In this document: positions 1-12,641 of the stretch, in pieces
How the letters are laid out: the number at the start of each line of letters is the position of its first letter
Numbering within the stretch: position 1 is the first letter of the stretch
Origin: Mustelus asterias
Taxonomy: Eukaryota
Assembly: GCF_964213995.1 (NCBI RefSeq)
Contig: NC_135808.1
Coordinates: 57,226,001 to 57,290,000, forward strand
DNA: 64,000 nt
Reading direction: 5' to 3'
The notes under the pieces: generated by a model
Database searches by the model: none
What the model was told of the DNA's origin: nothing
What the model saw: the letters and a program-made list of their open reading frames with translations, nothing else
Made by a program: the position numbers and the translations under genes

Positions 1-23
1 CAGGTTTATTTGGTAGTAAAAGC

Positions 24-58
24 CATTAGCTTTCGGAGCGCTGCCCCTTCATCAGGTG
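24..58 (-). ncRNA. minimal hammerhead ribozyme motif (inverted arm copy)
   Basis: minus strand CAC-CUGAUGA-A-GGGGC agc GCUCC-GAAA-GC-UA-AUG; one stem I mismatch. Confidence 0.6.
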
Positions 59-1457
59 AGTGGGAGTTCTATTCACAATCCGGGCATAAACAAGACACAA
101 ACTCAATTTACAAAATAATGGTTGGAATACAAGTCTTTACAGGTAATCAAGTCTTAAAGGTACAGACAATGTGAGTGGAGAGAGCATTAAGCACAGGTTA
201 AAGAGATGTGTATTGTCTCCAGACAGGACAGTTAGTGAGATTTTGCAAGCCCAAGCAAGTCGTGGGGGTTACAGATAGTGTGACATGAACCCAAGATCCC
301 AGTTGAGGCCGTCCTCGTGTGTGCGGAACTTGGCTATCAGTCTCTACTCAGCGACTCTGCGTTGTCGTGTGTCGTGAAGGTCGCCTTGGAGAACACTTAC
401 CCGAAGATCAGAGGCTGAATGCTCGTGACCGCTGAAGTGTTCCCCAACAGGAAGAGAACACTCTTGCCTGGTGATTGTCGAGTGGTGTTCATTCATCCAT
501 TGTCGTAGCGTCTGTATGGTCTCCCCAATGTACCATGCCTCGGGACATCCTTTCCTGCAGCGTATCAGGTAGACAATGTTGGCCGAGTTGCAAGAGTATG
601 TACCGTGTACCTGGTGGATGGTGTTCTCACGTGAGATGGCATCCGTGTCGATGATCTGGCACGTCTTGCAGAGGTTGCTGTGTCAACATGTCATTGATGA
701 AGACAAACATCTCGCCAAGGCCATCCCCACACCCCCACTTCTTGCCTTCAAACAACCGCACAACCTCAAACAGACCATTGTCTGCAGCAAACTACCCAGC
801 CTTCAGGAGAACCGTGACCACAACACCACACAACCCTGCCACAGCAACCTCTGCAAGACGTGCCAGATCATCGACACGGATGCCATCATCTCACGTGAGA
901 ACACCATCCACCAGGTACACGGTACATACTCTTGCAACTCGGCCAACGTTGTCTTCCTGATACGCTGCAGGAAAGGATGTCCCGAGGCATGGTACATTGG
1001 GGAGACCTTGCAGATGCTACGACAACGGATGAATGAACACCGCTCGACAATCGCCAGGCAAGACTGTTCTCTTCCTGTTGGGGAACACTTCAGCGGTCAC
1101 ATGCATTCGGCCTCTGATCTTCGGGTAAGTGTTCTCCAAGGCGGCCTTCACGACACTCGACAACGCAGTGTCGCTGAGCAGAGACTGATGGCCAAGTTCC
1201 GCACATATGAGGACGGCCTCAACCGGGATCTTGGGTTCATGTCACACTATCTGTAACCCCCACGACTTGCCTGGGCTTGCAAAATCTCACTAACTGTCCT
1301 GTCTGGAGACAATACACATCTCTTTAACTCCACTCTCTCCACTCACATTGTCTGTACCTTTAAGACTTGATTAGCTGTAAAGACTCGCATTCCAACCATT
1401 ATTTTGTAAATTGAGTTTGTGTCTTTATATGCCCTGTTTGTGAATAGAACTCACACT

Positions 1458-1492
1458 CACCTGACGAAGGAGCAGCGCTCCGAAAGCTAGTG
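1458..1492 (+). ncRNA. minimal type I hammerhead ribozyme motif (PLE family 1)
   Basis: CAC-CUGACGA-A-GGAGC agc GCUCC-GAAA-GC-UA-GUG: conserved core, stem II, palindromic AGCU stem III, CAC/GUG stem I. Confidence 0.75.
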
Positions 1493-1709
1493 GCTTTTGC
1501 TACCAAATAAACCTGTTGGACTTTAACCTGGTGTTGTGAAACTTCTTACTAGGAGGGAGGCACAGCATCTGCTTCACCAGAATAGCACCAGGTCTTCAAT
1601 GTTTAGATTATGAAGAGAAATTACATAAAATGAGTTTTGTATTCTGGAACAAAGGCAGTTAATGGATAATTTTGATTGAATTTGTGGATTATGAAAGGAA
1701 TTAATAAGG

Positions 1710-2380
1710 TAGAACATAGAACATTACAGCGCAGTATAGGCCCTTTGGCCCTTGATGTTGCGCCGACTTGTGAAACCAATCTAAAGCCCATCTAACCTTC
1801 ATTATTCCAATATCATCCATATGTTTATCCAATGACCATTTAAATGCCCTTAATGTTGACGAGTCCACTACTGTTGTAGGCAGGGCATTCCACGCCCTTA
1901 CTACTCTGAGTGAAGAACCTACCTCTGACATCTGTCCTATATCTATCACCCCTCAATTTAGAGCTATGTCCCCTTGTGCTAGCCATCACCATCCGAGGAA
2001 AAAGGCTCTCACTGTCCACCCTATCTAATCCTCTGATCATCTTATATGCCTCTATTAAGTCACCTCTTAATCACCTTCTCTCTAATGAAAACAGCCTCAA
2101 GTCCCTCAGCCTTTCCTCATAAGACCTTCCCACCATACCAGGCAACATCCTGGTAAATCTCCTCTGCACCCTTTCCAATGCTTCCACATCCTTCCTATAA
2201 TGCGACGACCAGAACTGTACGCAATACTCCAAGTGCGGCCGCACCAGAGTTTTGTACAACTGCAACATGACCTCCTGGCTCCGAAACTCAATCCCTCTAC
2301 CAATAAAAGCTAACACATTGTACGCCTTCTTCACAACCCTATCAACCTGGGTGCCAACTTTCCGGGATCTATGCACATGG
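1710..2380 (-). mobile_element. CR1 (HER1-type) LINE 3' fragment
   Basis: LQLYKTLVRPHLEYCVQFWS...LERVQRRFTRMLPG; (ttctatg)n tail; flanked by ggtaga on both sides inside an older CR1. Confidence 0.92.
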
Positions 2381-3264
2381 TAGATAGGGAGAGAACCATT
2401 TTCTGCAGGTGGAGGCATCTATGGCACGGAGCATAACTTTAAAATCAGTGTTCGACCATTGAGGAGAGAAGTTAGAAAACACTTCTTGCAAAATGGTGGG
2501 TGAGTAGATCTCTCTCCCACAAAAAGCATTAGATACTGGCTTGATTGATAACTTTAACTCTGATCTTTGTGAGCCCAGGGTATAAACAGATATAAAGCCA
2601 AGGCAGGTAGATGGAGTTAAGACAGATCAACCATGATCTCATTGAAAGATGGGACAGGGGGTTTGAGGGGCTGACTGGCCTGCACCTCCTTCCATGTTTG
2701 CACCCCTGCCTGGTAAAATTTTTATCCATCTCGGTCTTGGAAGCTTCAATTGACCAAAAGTCCACAGCCTTTTGGGGCAGATTTCCACTGCCATTTCTTT
2801 GATGCGTACTTCCTGATTTCACACTGAAACAGGCTGGCTTTAATTTTAGTGTGTGCCCTTGTTCTGCACTCTCCAGTCAGAACAATACTTCTCTCTGCCC
2901 TATTAAATCCCTTTTTTTATTTTAAACACCACAATTGGATCACCCAACAACTACCTAAACTGAAGAGAATACAAACCAAGTTTACGCAGCCAGTCCTCCT
3001 CATTTGTGAATCTGTGCTCAACTGAGGCCAATCTCTCCTCCTTGAGGTGGCGTGCCCAAAATTGAATGGAGTAGTCCAGATGGGGTATGAGCAAATGTCA
3101 CTTCCTCCTTTTTGAGATAAAGACCAACAATCTATTTGCTCTTTTAATGCAGTCTCCTGCGGCTTCACCAACCATCCAGTAGTTTTTAGATGGGGACAAT
3201 GTCACAAATATATCATTTCTTGGCCTACTGTCATAGATTCATAATGGCAGAGTAGGAGTGGATA

Positions 3265-4545
3265 AAAACAAATGATGCGGATGCTGGAATCTGAAACCAA
3301 AAGAGAAAGCCGGGGGGGGGGTGTGGATTCTCCCATTCTGACCCGCTAATTTTTTCGTGGGTCAGGAGATGCGCGTGTGCGCCGATTCACGCATGTGTTC
3401 CCGCGCACGTGTGTCTCACACCGCTGGAAATCCAGCGTGGCCGGGCCCGGTGGGAACACTAGGTAAGTCATTTTAATCTATTTTCAATGTGATTATTGGG
3501 CCCAGGACTGCATTCTCTGGGCCCGATAGCATCTCCCACTCCACCAGTACAATTTCACTCCGGTGAGGTTTGGAGTAGCTCCCCACTTTCGGGGAACTAG
3601 CGGGAGACCCCACTGGAGTGAAGGGGGGGGGGGGCAATTGCCCCCCCCCCCCCCTGTTGGACTGGGGATGGTGCCCCCTTGGCATGGGCACTTGGGCAGT
3701 GCCAGCCTGTGCCCCTCAGCACTGCCCACTGGGGTGGTGGTTAGGGGCAGTGTCAAAGGGTTGGGATTTAGGTGGTGGGGCCTAGGGGTGATCGGTGGGG
3801 TGGGGGGGATTTGTCACTGCTGGGGCAGGGGGAGGGGTGGAGGGCTGGAGAATGGCGTGCTCTGGGACAAGGGGAGGTTGGGGCTGGCCTGGGAATAGTC
3901 GTGGGGGCTGCAGTCGGGCCATGTGAGGGGCTGGAGGGGCAGCAGTGCAGGGGTCCTGAGCTGGCCAGCAAACCGCAGTTTGGGGCCACTGTGTGCATCT
4001 GCAGAGTTCTGGAACTGTCAGACTCCCATGTGAATAGGCCCCGCCCCCCCGAACTTGTAATGATATTCACGATTGTGACCTCTGCATTGCACAGAATGTG
4101 GGAGATTCGAGTTTGAACTCCCACTGAAAAAACAATCATGACTAACATTTCATTTTTCCCGCCAATTGAGCACTTAGAACTTTTTTGGGAGAATTGCCCC
4201 CAAAATGCTGGAAAATCTCAGCAGGTCTGGCAGCATCTGTAAGGAGAGAAAAGAGCTGACGTTTTGAGTCCAGGTGGCCCTTTGTCAAAGCTAAAAGGCA
4301 TAGAAAGTGGGAGATATTTATACTGCAGGGTGAGGGAATGATAGATAGTCAGAGCCACAAAAACAAGGGAAAAGGCTGCTAATGGCAGTCCATAGAGAGA
4401 ATAAAAGGTGTGATTGGAAAATGGCAGAGAAGCTGAAATCGAAGGGTAAGGCAGATGAAAATGTGGGGGGAGGGGGAATAGGTGGGATAGAGGTAAAATT
4501 GAGAAAAGAGGGGATAAAATAGGGGAAAGAGGGAGTGGATGTAGT
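3265..4545 (-). mobile_element. longer family 2 copy (3265-3309 + 4202-~4545) split by a Harbinger-type insertion
   Basis: family 2 terminus stops at 3309 and resumes at 4202 (aaaatgctggaaaatctcagcagg); decayed hammerhead on minus strand ~4254-4292 (AGCU-UUGACAA-AGGGCC accug GACUC-AAAA-CG-UC-AGCU). Confidence 0.7.
3312..4201. mobile_element. GC-rich non-autonomous DNA transposon, probably PIF/Harbinger type
   Basis: terminal inverted repeats ggattctccca / tgggagaattgcccc; cleanly interrupts a family 2 element. Confidence 0.65.
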
Positions 4546-4579
4546 TTTGCCTTTCACTTGGCCAAAGGTGATCCTCTAG

Positions 4580-4665
4580 AAACAGGCTGAATGGCCTGTT
4601 TCTGCACTGTAGGGTTTCTATGATTTCTATGATCTATGATTTCTATGATCTATGATTTCTATGAG
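4580..4665 (+). repeat. HE1/CR1 3' tail with expanded (tttctatgatctatga)n
   Basis: ggctgaatggcctgtttctgcactgtagggtttctatgatttctatgatctatg... Confidence 0.8.
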
Positions 4666-4794
4666 AATCATAATCATAAGAACTAGGAGCAGGAGTAGGC
4701 AATTTAGCCCCTCTAGCGTGGTCTGCCATTTAAGATAATCATGACTGATCTCACCAGGAGAGCCCCAATAAATGCAGTGTGTCTTTCTTTGCAG

Positions 4795-4918
4795 CCTGTC
4801 GGTTGTGATGGTCTCCTGTACTCTTCCAAAAGGCTGGATAAATGTGGGCTCTGCGGTGGTGACGGCAGCACCTGCTTCCGAATCTCGGGCACTTACCGAC
4901 GAGGAATCACACGCTTGG
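4795..4918 (+). CDS. ADAMTSL2: ADAMTS-like protein 2 subfamily gene (possibly adamtsl7 paralogue), internal exon A: end of Cys-rich module
   Basis: ctttgcag|CCT...TTGG|gtaggt; PVGCDGLLYSSKRLDKCGLCGGDGSTCFRISGTYRRGITRL(G), the GCDG...DKCGxCGGDGSTC motif of ADAMTS/ADAMTSL proteins. Confidence 0.93.
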
Positions 4919-5699
4919 GTAGGTGTGAGTCTAACTATGTTTTGCTCAAACTAATAGAATCTCACACTGAGATGTTTTCCACAACCGTCTTGGTAAGAGG
5001 TGATGCCTTTGACCCAGCGGCATCGCATGCAGCAACATCTTTAATATAGATTGTTGTTTTAGAGGTGGAAAGTTGGGGGTTGTGTCTTAACTGAGTCAGA
5101 GTGATCGTAACAACAGTCGGCTTTTATATGGTGCATTTAAATGTAAAAATGACCCAAGCTGTTTCACAGGGCGTTAAGTTATCAAGCAAAAATTGACACC
5201 CAGCCACGGAAGGAGATATTAGGACAGGTGACCAAAACCTTTGAAGGGAGTAGGTTTTGAGGAGGGTTTTAATGGAGGCGGGTTAGTCAGAAAGGCAGTA
5301 AGATTTAGAGAGAGAATTCCAGAGCGAAGAGCTGAGGTGGCAGGAGGCAGGGTTGCCATTGGTAACATGAAACAAATGGAGATGCACAAGAGTCCGATGT
5401 AACATGGGTAAATTACAAACCCCGATTGAACTATTTAACATTAAGTTACGCAAAGGGGTGACAGACAAAGCTGGTCTGTGATGCTTGAAGGAGCTTTTCA
5501 GATGAGCTTCTTTCCAAAACTTGAAAGCTTTGAATTGAGATCAAGGATTCCAATGTACACCATCATTAAATAGAGATTTCTGGATAGGGAGTCATGTTTT
5601 ATTTAGGAGCAATACTTGCGGGCAGCCCCAACATCCCTGCATTCAAATGTAACTGAGGTGATTTCTGCTTTGATGACCATCTTTCCCCTTGGTCTGCAG

Positions 5700-5780
5700 G
5701 TTATCTCTTCATTACGAATATTCCCGTTGGTGCTTCTGATATCCAAATTATTGAAAGGAGGAAAACAGAAAATATTTTAG
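5700..5780 (+). CDS. ADAMTSL2: ADAMTSL2-like exon B: start of spacer domain
   Basis: ggtctgcag|G...TTAG|gtaatt; (G)[26 protein letters not shown], phase 1/1 consistent with neighbours; not in the ORF track. Confidence 0.92.
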   Translation, partial: VISSLRIFPLVLLISKLLKGGKQKIF

Positions 5781-5894
5781 GTAATTTCATTGAATTAGTT
5801 CAAACATTTCTTCACCCCTTTTTAACCCCACACCTACTCCTCCCTTATTTTTGTTGTGTTATTAATTACTACTCCATTGTTTTACCTCTTAAAG

Positions 5895-6070
5895 CTCTTG
5901 CAGACGAAGGTGGATACTTTTTCTTCAATGGGAACACAGCAATTGACAATCCTCGGAACTTCCGGGTGGCCGGGACAATATTTAAGTATAGACGACCTGC
6001 AAATCCGCTGTCTGATGGCTTTGAATACATCATTGCTCAAGGGCCCACCAACCAAGGACTGAATGTTATG
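5895..6070 (+). CDS. ADAMTSL2: ADAMTSL2-like exon C: spacer domain
   Basis: cttaaag|CT...ATG|gtatgt; (A)[58 protein letters not shown]. Confidence 0.93.
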
Positions 6071-7633
6071 GTATGTAACTCTGATAACAGCAACAATAGG
6101 CTTTATACTGTCATTTCATCTGTAACCTTGTGATCACTGAGAGGCACAGGCCCTGTTAATACATACTTTTAATTAGTTACCCATCAATTTAAAAAAGTGT
6201 AGGAATTACAATAGGTGATGTTTACATATTGAAAGGACATATGATTACATGTAGAGGGAGGGTACTTTCTGTAATCCCTCTGGAAGGAAAGAATACCATC
6301 TTGAAAGGACATAGTCTTTGTCAATCATGTTTTCTTTCAATAATTATCTCCCCTGCTCTCCTCCAGAAGGCAAATACCCTTACAGTTCCAAGTAATTGTT
6401 ATGCACTTGTGGACCTTGGCAGTCAATTTGATAAAGCTGTTTGGCTACAGAGTGCGTCACAGCAAAGCAGTCCCCTATCTACATGTGTGTTTTCCACCAG
6501 TCATTGATGTACAGAAGCTACCCTGGTCTTCCCACCCTCGCCTCCACCCTCCCTAATCTTGGGACATTGTGATCATCTGTAGCTCATGTATTGATGTCCT
6601 TAGTGATGCCTCTCTGTGGACTAGGAATTGAATCATACAATCAGAGAGAGGCCATTCTGCACACCCTGTTTGTGCCAACTCTCTGCAAGAGCTAGTCAAT
6701 TAGTTATACTCTTCTGCTGTTTCCCAATAGCCCTGCAATTTTTCCTCCTTCAGTTGCTTATCACTGGCATTATTTTAATAAATCTTCTCGCCCTCTCTTT
6801 GAGGCTTTGACAACTTTGTGCTGACAAGATAATCCAGCTGGTTTGCGGGGGGCGGGTGTATGAGTATTTGCTTTTGTTCTCTGTTCCCCTATTAATAAAG
6901 GCAAGAATCCCATCTGCTTTTCTAACAGCCACCTCGACTTATCTTGCTAACTTTTTGGAAAAATTTGTGTATGCTTACCTCCACATCTTGACCGTGTTCC
7001 TTTCAATGTTACCGTTTTGTTTATACTGCCCCTTATTTTTCTGATTGAAAGCCTTCACTTTGCACACATTGCACCCGCTATATGTCTGCCCACTTCATCG
7101 TTCAGTATTCGTCCTCCTGAAGTCTGTTGCTACCTCCCTCATTGCTCACTAGATTTTCTTGTATTATGCCATCTGTGAATTTTGAATTTGTACGCTGCTT
7201 ATCCAAGTCCAACTCAATATATATCTCAAAATGCAGTGGTCCTAATACAGACTCCTGGGGAACACCGTTTTTCTTTGCTTTCTATCTCTTAGCCAATTTC
7301 ATTCATAAACTTTCCCGTCCCTTTAAACCCATTTACTTCAATTTTGCTAACAAGACTACTTTGTGGTTCTTTATCGAACACCTTTTGAAAGTACATATAC
7401 AAATCACACACTACCTTCATCAACTTTCCATGATACTTCATCAAAGAACCCAATCCTGTCTGGCAGGAATTAGCTTCTCAATTAATGACCTTTCAGAGGC
7501 ATCGGATAACTGTTCTTACTGATGGTCACCAAATTTCAAACTAAACATGGCAAAACATTACTGAGTAGACTTGACACGGGTAGACAGGTCTATATGATAT
7601 TGAGATAATGTTATCTGTTTTATTCTGACAATA

Positions 7634-8131
7634 TTAGAGTCATAGAGGTTTACAGCATGGAAAAAGGCCCTTTGGCCCAACTTGTCCATGCCGCCCTATT
7701 TTTTTAAAACTCCTAAGCTAATCCCAATTGCCGCATTTGGCCCATATCCCTCTATACCCATCGTACCCATGTAACTATCTAAATGCTTTTTAAAAGACAA
7801 CATTGTACCGCTTCTACTACTACCTCTGGCAGCTTGTTCCAGACACTCACCGCCCTCTGTGTGAAAAAATTGCCCCTCTGGACACTTTTGTATCTCTCCC
7901 CCCTCACCTCAAACCTATGCCCTCTAGTTTTAGACTCCCCTACTTTTGGGAAAAGCTATTGACTATCTAGCTGATCTGTGCCCCTCATTATTTTATAGGC
8001 CTCTATAAGATCACCCCTCAGCCTCCTACGCTTCAGAGAGAAAAGTCCCAGTCTATCCAGCCTCTCCTTATAACTCAATCCATCAAGTCCCGGTAGCATC
8101 TTAGTAAATCTTTTCTGCACTCTTTCTAGTT
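7634..8131 (-). mobile_element. CR1 LINE 3' fragment
   Basis: KLERVQKRFTKMLPGLDGLSYKERLDRLGLFSLKRRRLRGDLIE plus 3' UTR. Confidence 0.9.
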
Positions 8132-9170
8132 TGTTCTGTGCTATCTTCCTAAATTTTGTTGAAAATAAGGATGGTATCTTCTCATGATGTTTTTTCACCT
8201 GACAACATTTCACACTGCTTTGGAGGCTGCACCATATTAACAGCTTGGCTATTGGGAGAATACTGGCTGCATTATGGATGAATGAAATGGAGCTTCCAAC
8301 TCTGTGACAGAGCAATGTATCAATTCCAATTCATCTATAGGAAATTCTTTTTTAAAATTTTAATCAGAATCGATACTTTTCATAAGACAGTCAAGCAACT
8401 AATCAGGACTAGGTTTCCATTGACCCTGTAGGGAGCATTTGACCACCCTTTGTTAGCTAAAGAGTGGAAAGTTGGTGCCTGGAAATTTCTCTCTTTGCTG
8501 TTTGAAAATATTGCTGGAGGTCTTCTCACATGATCTTCTGCAACCAAACGCCCCAAACCTACTGTTGGTTAGCCAAGATGTCCATCCTTTCGGTGTACTG
8601 TCTTCCCACACAGATTGGAAAATGAATAGGTTTCTCATTATCCAATGGTTCATGATGTCAGCTTTTACCCATATCCAGTACTTTTCTAACCAGTAAACAA
8701 AAGTGTTCAAAAAAAATTAACAAGAACAATTTTTCATTGCCATTTCGATTTTTCTCCGGGGCCGCTGGCTACAGTGTTTTGGAGATTAACCTTAATTGAG
8801 GAGACTCCAGGGCAGTCTTGGAGGATTGGCTACCCTACCATGAGCCATTCATTATTTCTCTGTGCAAAGTGTCAGCTTGGTTGAATGACAGCATGCTCAC
8901 TTCTGAATCAGGAGATAAGAATAAAAAAGTAGGGTTCAAGCTCTGTTCCTCAGCGTGAGCTCACAATTGAAACTGACCCTCCAGGAATCCTGCATCATTG
9001 GAAGTGTTGTGTCTTTTGGATGAGACATTCAACATGGGCCCTATTCATCTGCCATGTTCAAATGTCAAGGATTCTGCAAGTGCTATTCAAAGAGTAGGGG
9101 TGCTTTCCAGGCACCTGGCCAATATTCAGTAACCAGCTTCACCCAACTAGATAAACTGACCATTGACCTT

Positions 9171-9402
9171 TAGATAAAGGCAAAATACTGCGGATGCTGG
9201 AACCTGAAACAAAAACAAAGTGCTGGACAAACTTGGTGGGTCTGACAGCATCTGTGGAGAGAGAGAATAGAGCCAACGTTTCGAGTCTGGATGACCCCTC
9301 GTCCGAACTCCGAAGGGTCATTCAGACTTGAAACGTTGGCTCTTTTCTCTCTCCACAGATGCTGTCAGATGTGCTGAGTTTCTCCAGCGTTTTCTGTTTT
9401 TG
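9171..9402. mobile_element. palindromic short element, family 2 (probably Penelope-derived), with degenerate hammerhead motif
   Basis: inverted arms around ~9308; perfect 14 bp TSD tgaccattgacctt (9157-9170, 9403-9416); minus strand C(G)GACGA-GGGGUC aucca GACUC-GAAA-CG-UU. Confidence 0.85.
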
Positions 9403-12400
9403 TGACCATTGACCTTGTTGCCTTTTGTGGGACTTGTTCAAATTGGCTGCTTTGTTTGCAAGCATTATAACTGTACTCCCCTGGGCTGTGAAGTGCTGTT
9501 GGATGTCCTGAGTTCACCACAGGTGCTGCTTGAAGTTCTTCCTTCCTTTCTTTCTGTAACAGGAATTCTTATTTTCTATTCAGCTGCACAAGGAAATCTG
9601 TACAATTCATTGCATTCTGAAATGCAATTGAAATAAGGCACAAATGTGTGCGACACCTGTCTGTTATTAACAATGGAATCCATGGCAAAATGGAACATTC
9701 AAAACTTTGCATTTATTGTTGCAAACTCAGTGAAGAAATGTGAGTGCCCATCCTCGAATGGTGCAAGAGGTTTCCCCAAGCTAACACCATTCTTCAGATT
9801 TTTTTTTCCTTAATGCACGAGTTCCTTCATAAAACCAAAACACTCGACAAGTTCAAACTTCTGAATTTACGCATTATACATGTTACTGCCACCTTCGTGT
9901 TGTCCTCCCCCTCCCACCACTGTCAAATGAACTGCTCCACTGGGCTGCTGATCCGTAACATCAAAAACTGAAGAGACTGCTTGTGAGGAACATGGCTGAG
10001 ATGGAGCGTGCTAGCTAAGGGAGATAACCACCTGGTAAATAGCTTAAAGAGGATCGATACTGGACAGGGAAATGCTCTCGATGCAAAAATCCTTTCCTTC
10101 GTTACCGTGCCAAGCTATAGCTGCTTCTTTTTCTCCCACTTGTGTTGAGAAACGCAGATTTGAATAAATTGTTCCCAATCTCTCCTCATCCTGAGATGCA
10201 CTCCGTTGTTACCAGCATGCAGATTTTAAAAAAATAGAATATCCGTGCATTCATTCTTTTCACTCCGCCTGCCAAAACCCTGAAGCGCCCAGTTCTAGTG
10301 GCACTGTGGGAGTGCCTACACTGCACAGATGGCAGCTGCTCAAAAAGAAGGCCCTACACTACCTTCTGACAGTTAGGCATAGGGAAAAAATGGTAGTCTT
10401 CTCTAACTTGAGAATGAATATTAAAAACAAACAGGAAGCTGCCATTCATTTGCCATTTTAGCGAAGGCTGAGCCCCATAAACAGTTCTGGTTAGAATTCT
10501 AACTAATCATGGCACCTGGGAATGAAATGGGAGGAATTCCTTGTTTAAGTTAGTGCAGGATCTCACTTCCACCCAGCCACTTTTGATGGAGACTTGAGGC
10601 AGTTGTCCAATTTGGCATTAAACCAGAACAGATAGAAAGTTTATTTTTAACACTGTGTACTTGGCATATTTACCAGAAACAAAGTACGGATACACTTTGA
10701 AAGTACTTCCTTGTGTAGTATCCAGCCCCCTAAAATAGGCTCCAATATTTTTCAAAAGCTTTTGGAAAGTTTTGAATGTTGCCTTTGCTAGTGAAGAGCT
10801 AATGTGCAATGTGACTCCAGCATTAACTCTTGGATTGTGCTTCTGACAACAATCTCTTCATCTTATGATGTTATAGGTCAGCAGCCCTGAGGAGCAGTTC
10901 ATTTGACAGGAGGGGAGCAGCATCAGTTTTGGCAATAAAATTTAAGGTAGATATTGAGGATTTTGAACATAAGTTTATGATTATCACATGACTGTCATTG
11001 CTGGGCATAATATCTTGGGTACTAATCTTGTTTTTTTGTGAATTAATTTTTTACAGCGAATTTTCATGATGTATTAACCAGACTCCTGTTCCATCAGGCA
11101 AAATGTCTTGATTGTCTATATCCAGTACATCCCTTAAGCCGGATGCACAAATAGATTTTCTGTGATGATGGAAGGGTTTATTATGCCTTTTGTGACACCT
11201 TATTGAATATTTCCTGCCTAATGGCTGGTAGAATAAATTCAAACCAAAATTACAGGATCCTGGACTTTCTAAGCAAAGGCATAGAGTACAAAAGCAATAA
11301 GGTTTAGCTGAACCTTTAGAAATCACTGGTCAGGTCTTAGCTGGAGCTTTGAGGCCCATTTTGGGCACCATCCTTCAGGGAGGGTGACAAAGCCTTGGAG
11401 AGGTGGCAGAGGAGATTTATCAGAATAGTACCAGGGAAGAGGGATTGGAAAAGCAGGTATTGTACTATTCAGAGTACAGCAGGTTAAGGGGAGGTCTGCT
11501 AGAAGTGTGAAAACGTTAGGAAAGGGGTTGACAACTGTCCTCACTGGAGGAGTTCACGCGTTTAAACAAAAGAACCAGAGGTGAGATGAGGAAAAATGAT
11601 TTTTACACAGTTATGATCTGGAATGCAAATGCCCAAAAGAGTGGTGGAAGTAGATTTGGTACAAACTGAAGAGGAAATGGAATACATTAATAAAAAGGAG
11701 TAATTTGCAATGAGTGAGACCTTAGTTGTTTCAAAGAACTGGCATAGGCATGATGGACCAAATAGCTTTTTTCTAGGCTTCTTCATTCCACAATATTTGT
11801 ACCTGACCCAATGGAGATATCTGTTGACATTGAAGAGATGTACTTTGTGGTCCTTTTAGGAGCTGAGGGCTGAATTTTCTTCGAGCGCTTTCTAAGAGGG
11901 CTGCTGATTTCAGGATTCTTGACCCTATTCCTGAGGTTTCTGATTTTTGGGAGTGCTTTTTAAGGGCGCAGGCTGGTTTGGGTAACGTGCCGGCACCCTG
12001 CACTCCTGGCCTGGCTGGCTCCATTATGGGAATAGGCATGTCCTGGTTCTCCACAATTCTCATGGAGTTGGGGCAACCTTTCAAAGAGTTTTGGTTCACA
12101 GCACCTCAGAGGTGTCGTGAACCACTGTCTGTATGAGAGAATCTTTTGAAAGGTAAGCTCAGAAGGTCCTCCTGATGTCTCCCATGCCAAGATATGACCT
12201 GCAACCACCCTCTATGGTTCCTCATGTCCCCATGTCAAATTGCAGCCCTTTTATGCCCATTCACCCACTATGTTCTGTATAGAAGCAGTGATCCCTTTAG
12301 TGATCGTTGGATGTGTTTGGGGAAAAATAAACTAAAAACATAAGTAGTCCCAAAGGTCCAGCTGTCATTTTTTCTATCAATGCCTCCGAGTCCTCGGTTC

Positions 12401-12641
12401 CCCAGGCTTCTCTTGGCTGAAGAAAGATAGAAAGAACTTTCTTGAACTATGGGCATTGCACAGTGCCTCCACAGCCAGTGAAATATATTTTGAAGTACAG
12501 TCACTGTTGTATTGAAGGTAACTTAGTAGCCAATGACCAGATCATCTCTTTTCGTGAGATAGGTTGAGGAATAAATATTGGTCAATACACCTTTTTGTAT
12601 ATAAATATACAGAGGTGAGCTCCTCTGCTGCTCTTCAAAAT

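Larger units (their letters stand above)
1..1550. mobile_element. Penelope-like element 3' part (GIY-YIG endonuclease + 3' UTR) in inverted, back-to-back duplicated configuration
   Basis: + frame reads CKTC...YSCNSANVVFLIRCRKGCPEAWYIGET...RMNEHR...HF...GLN, typical of the PLE GIY-YIG domain; 1-~683 is the reverse complement of ~840-1515. Confidence 0.9.

Noticed and set aside
576-1256. 226 aa ORF as an intact endonuclease gene
   Set aside because: Its first ~36 residues are the antisense reading of the inverted arm; only the part after ~684 is genuine PLE coding sequence and the RT is absent.
5856-6062. ORF-track 68 aa peptide over exon C
   Set aside because: Wrong frame; the spacer-domain frame is the one set by the 5895 acceptor.
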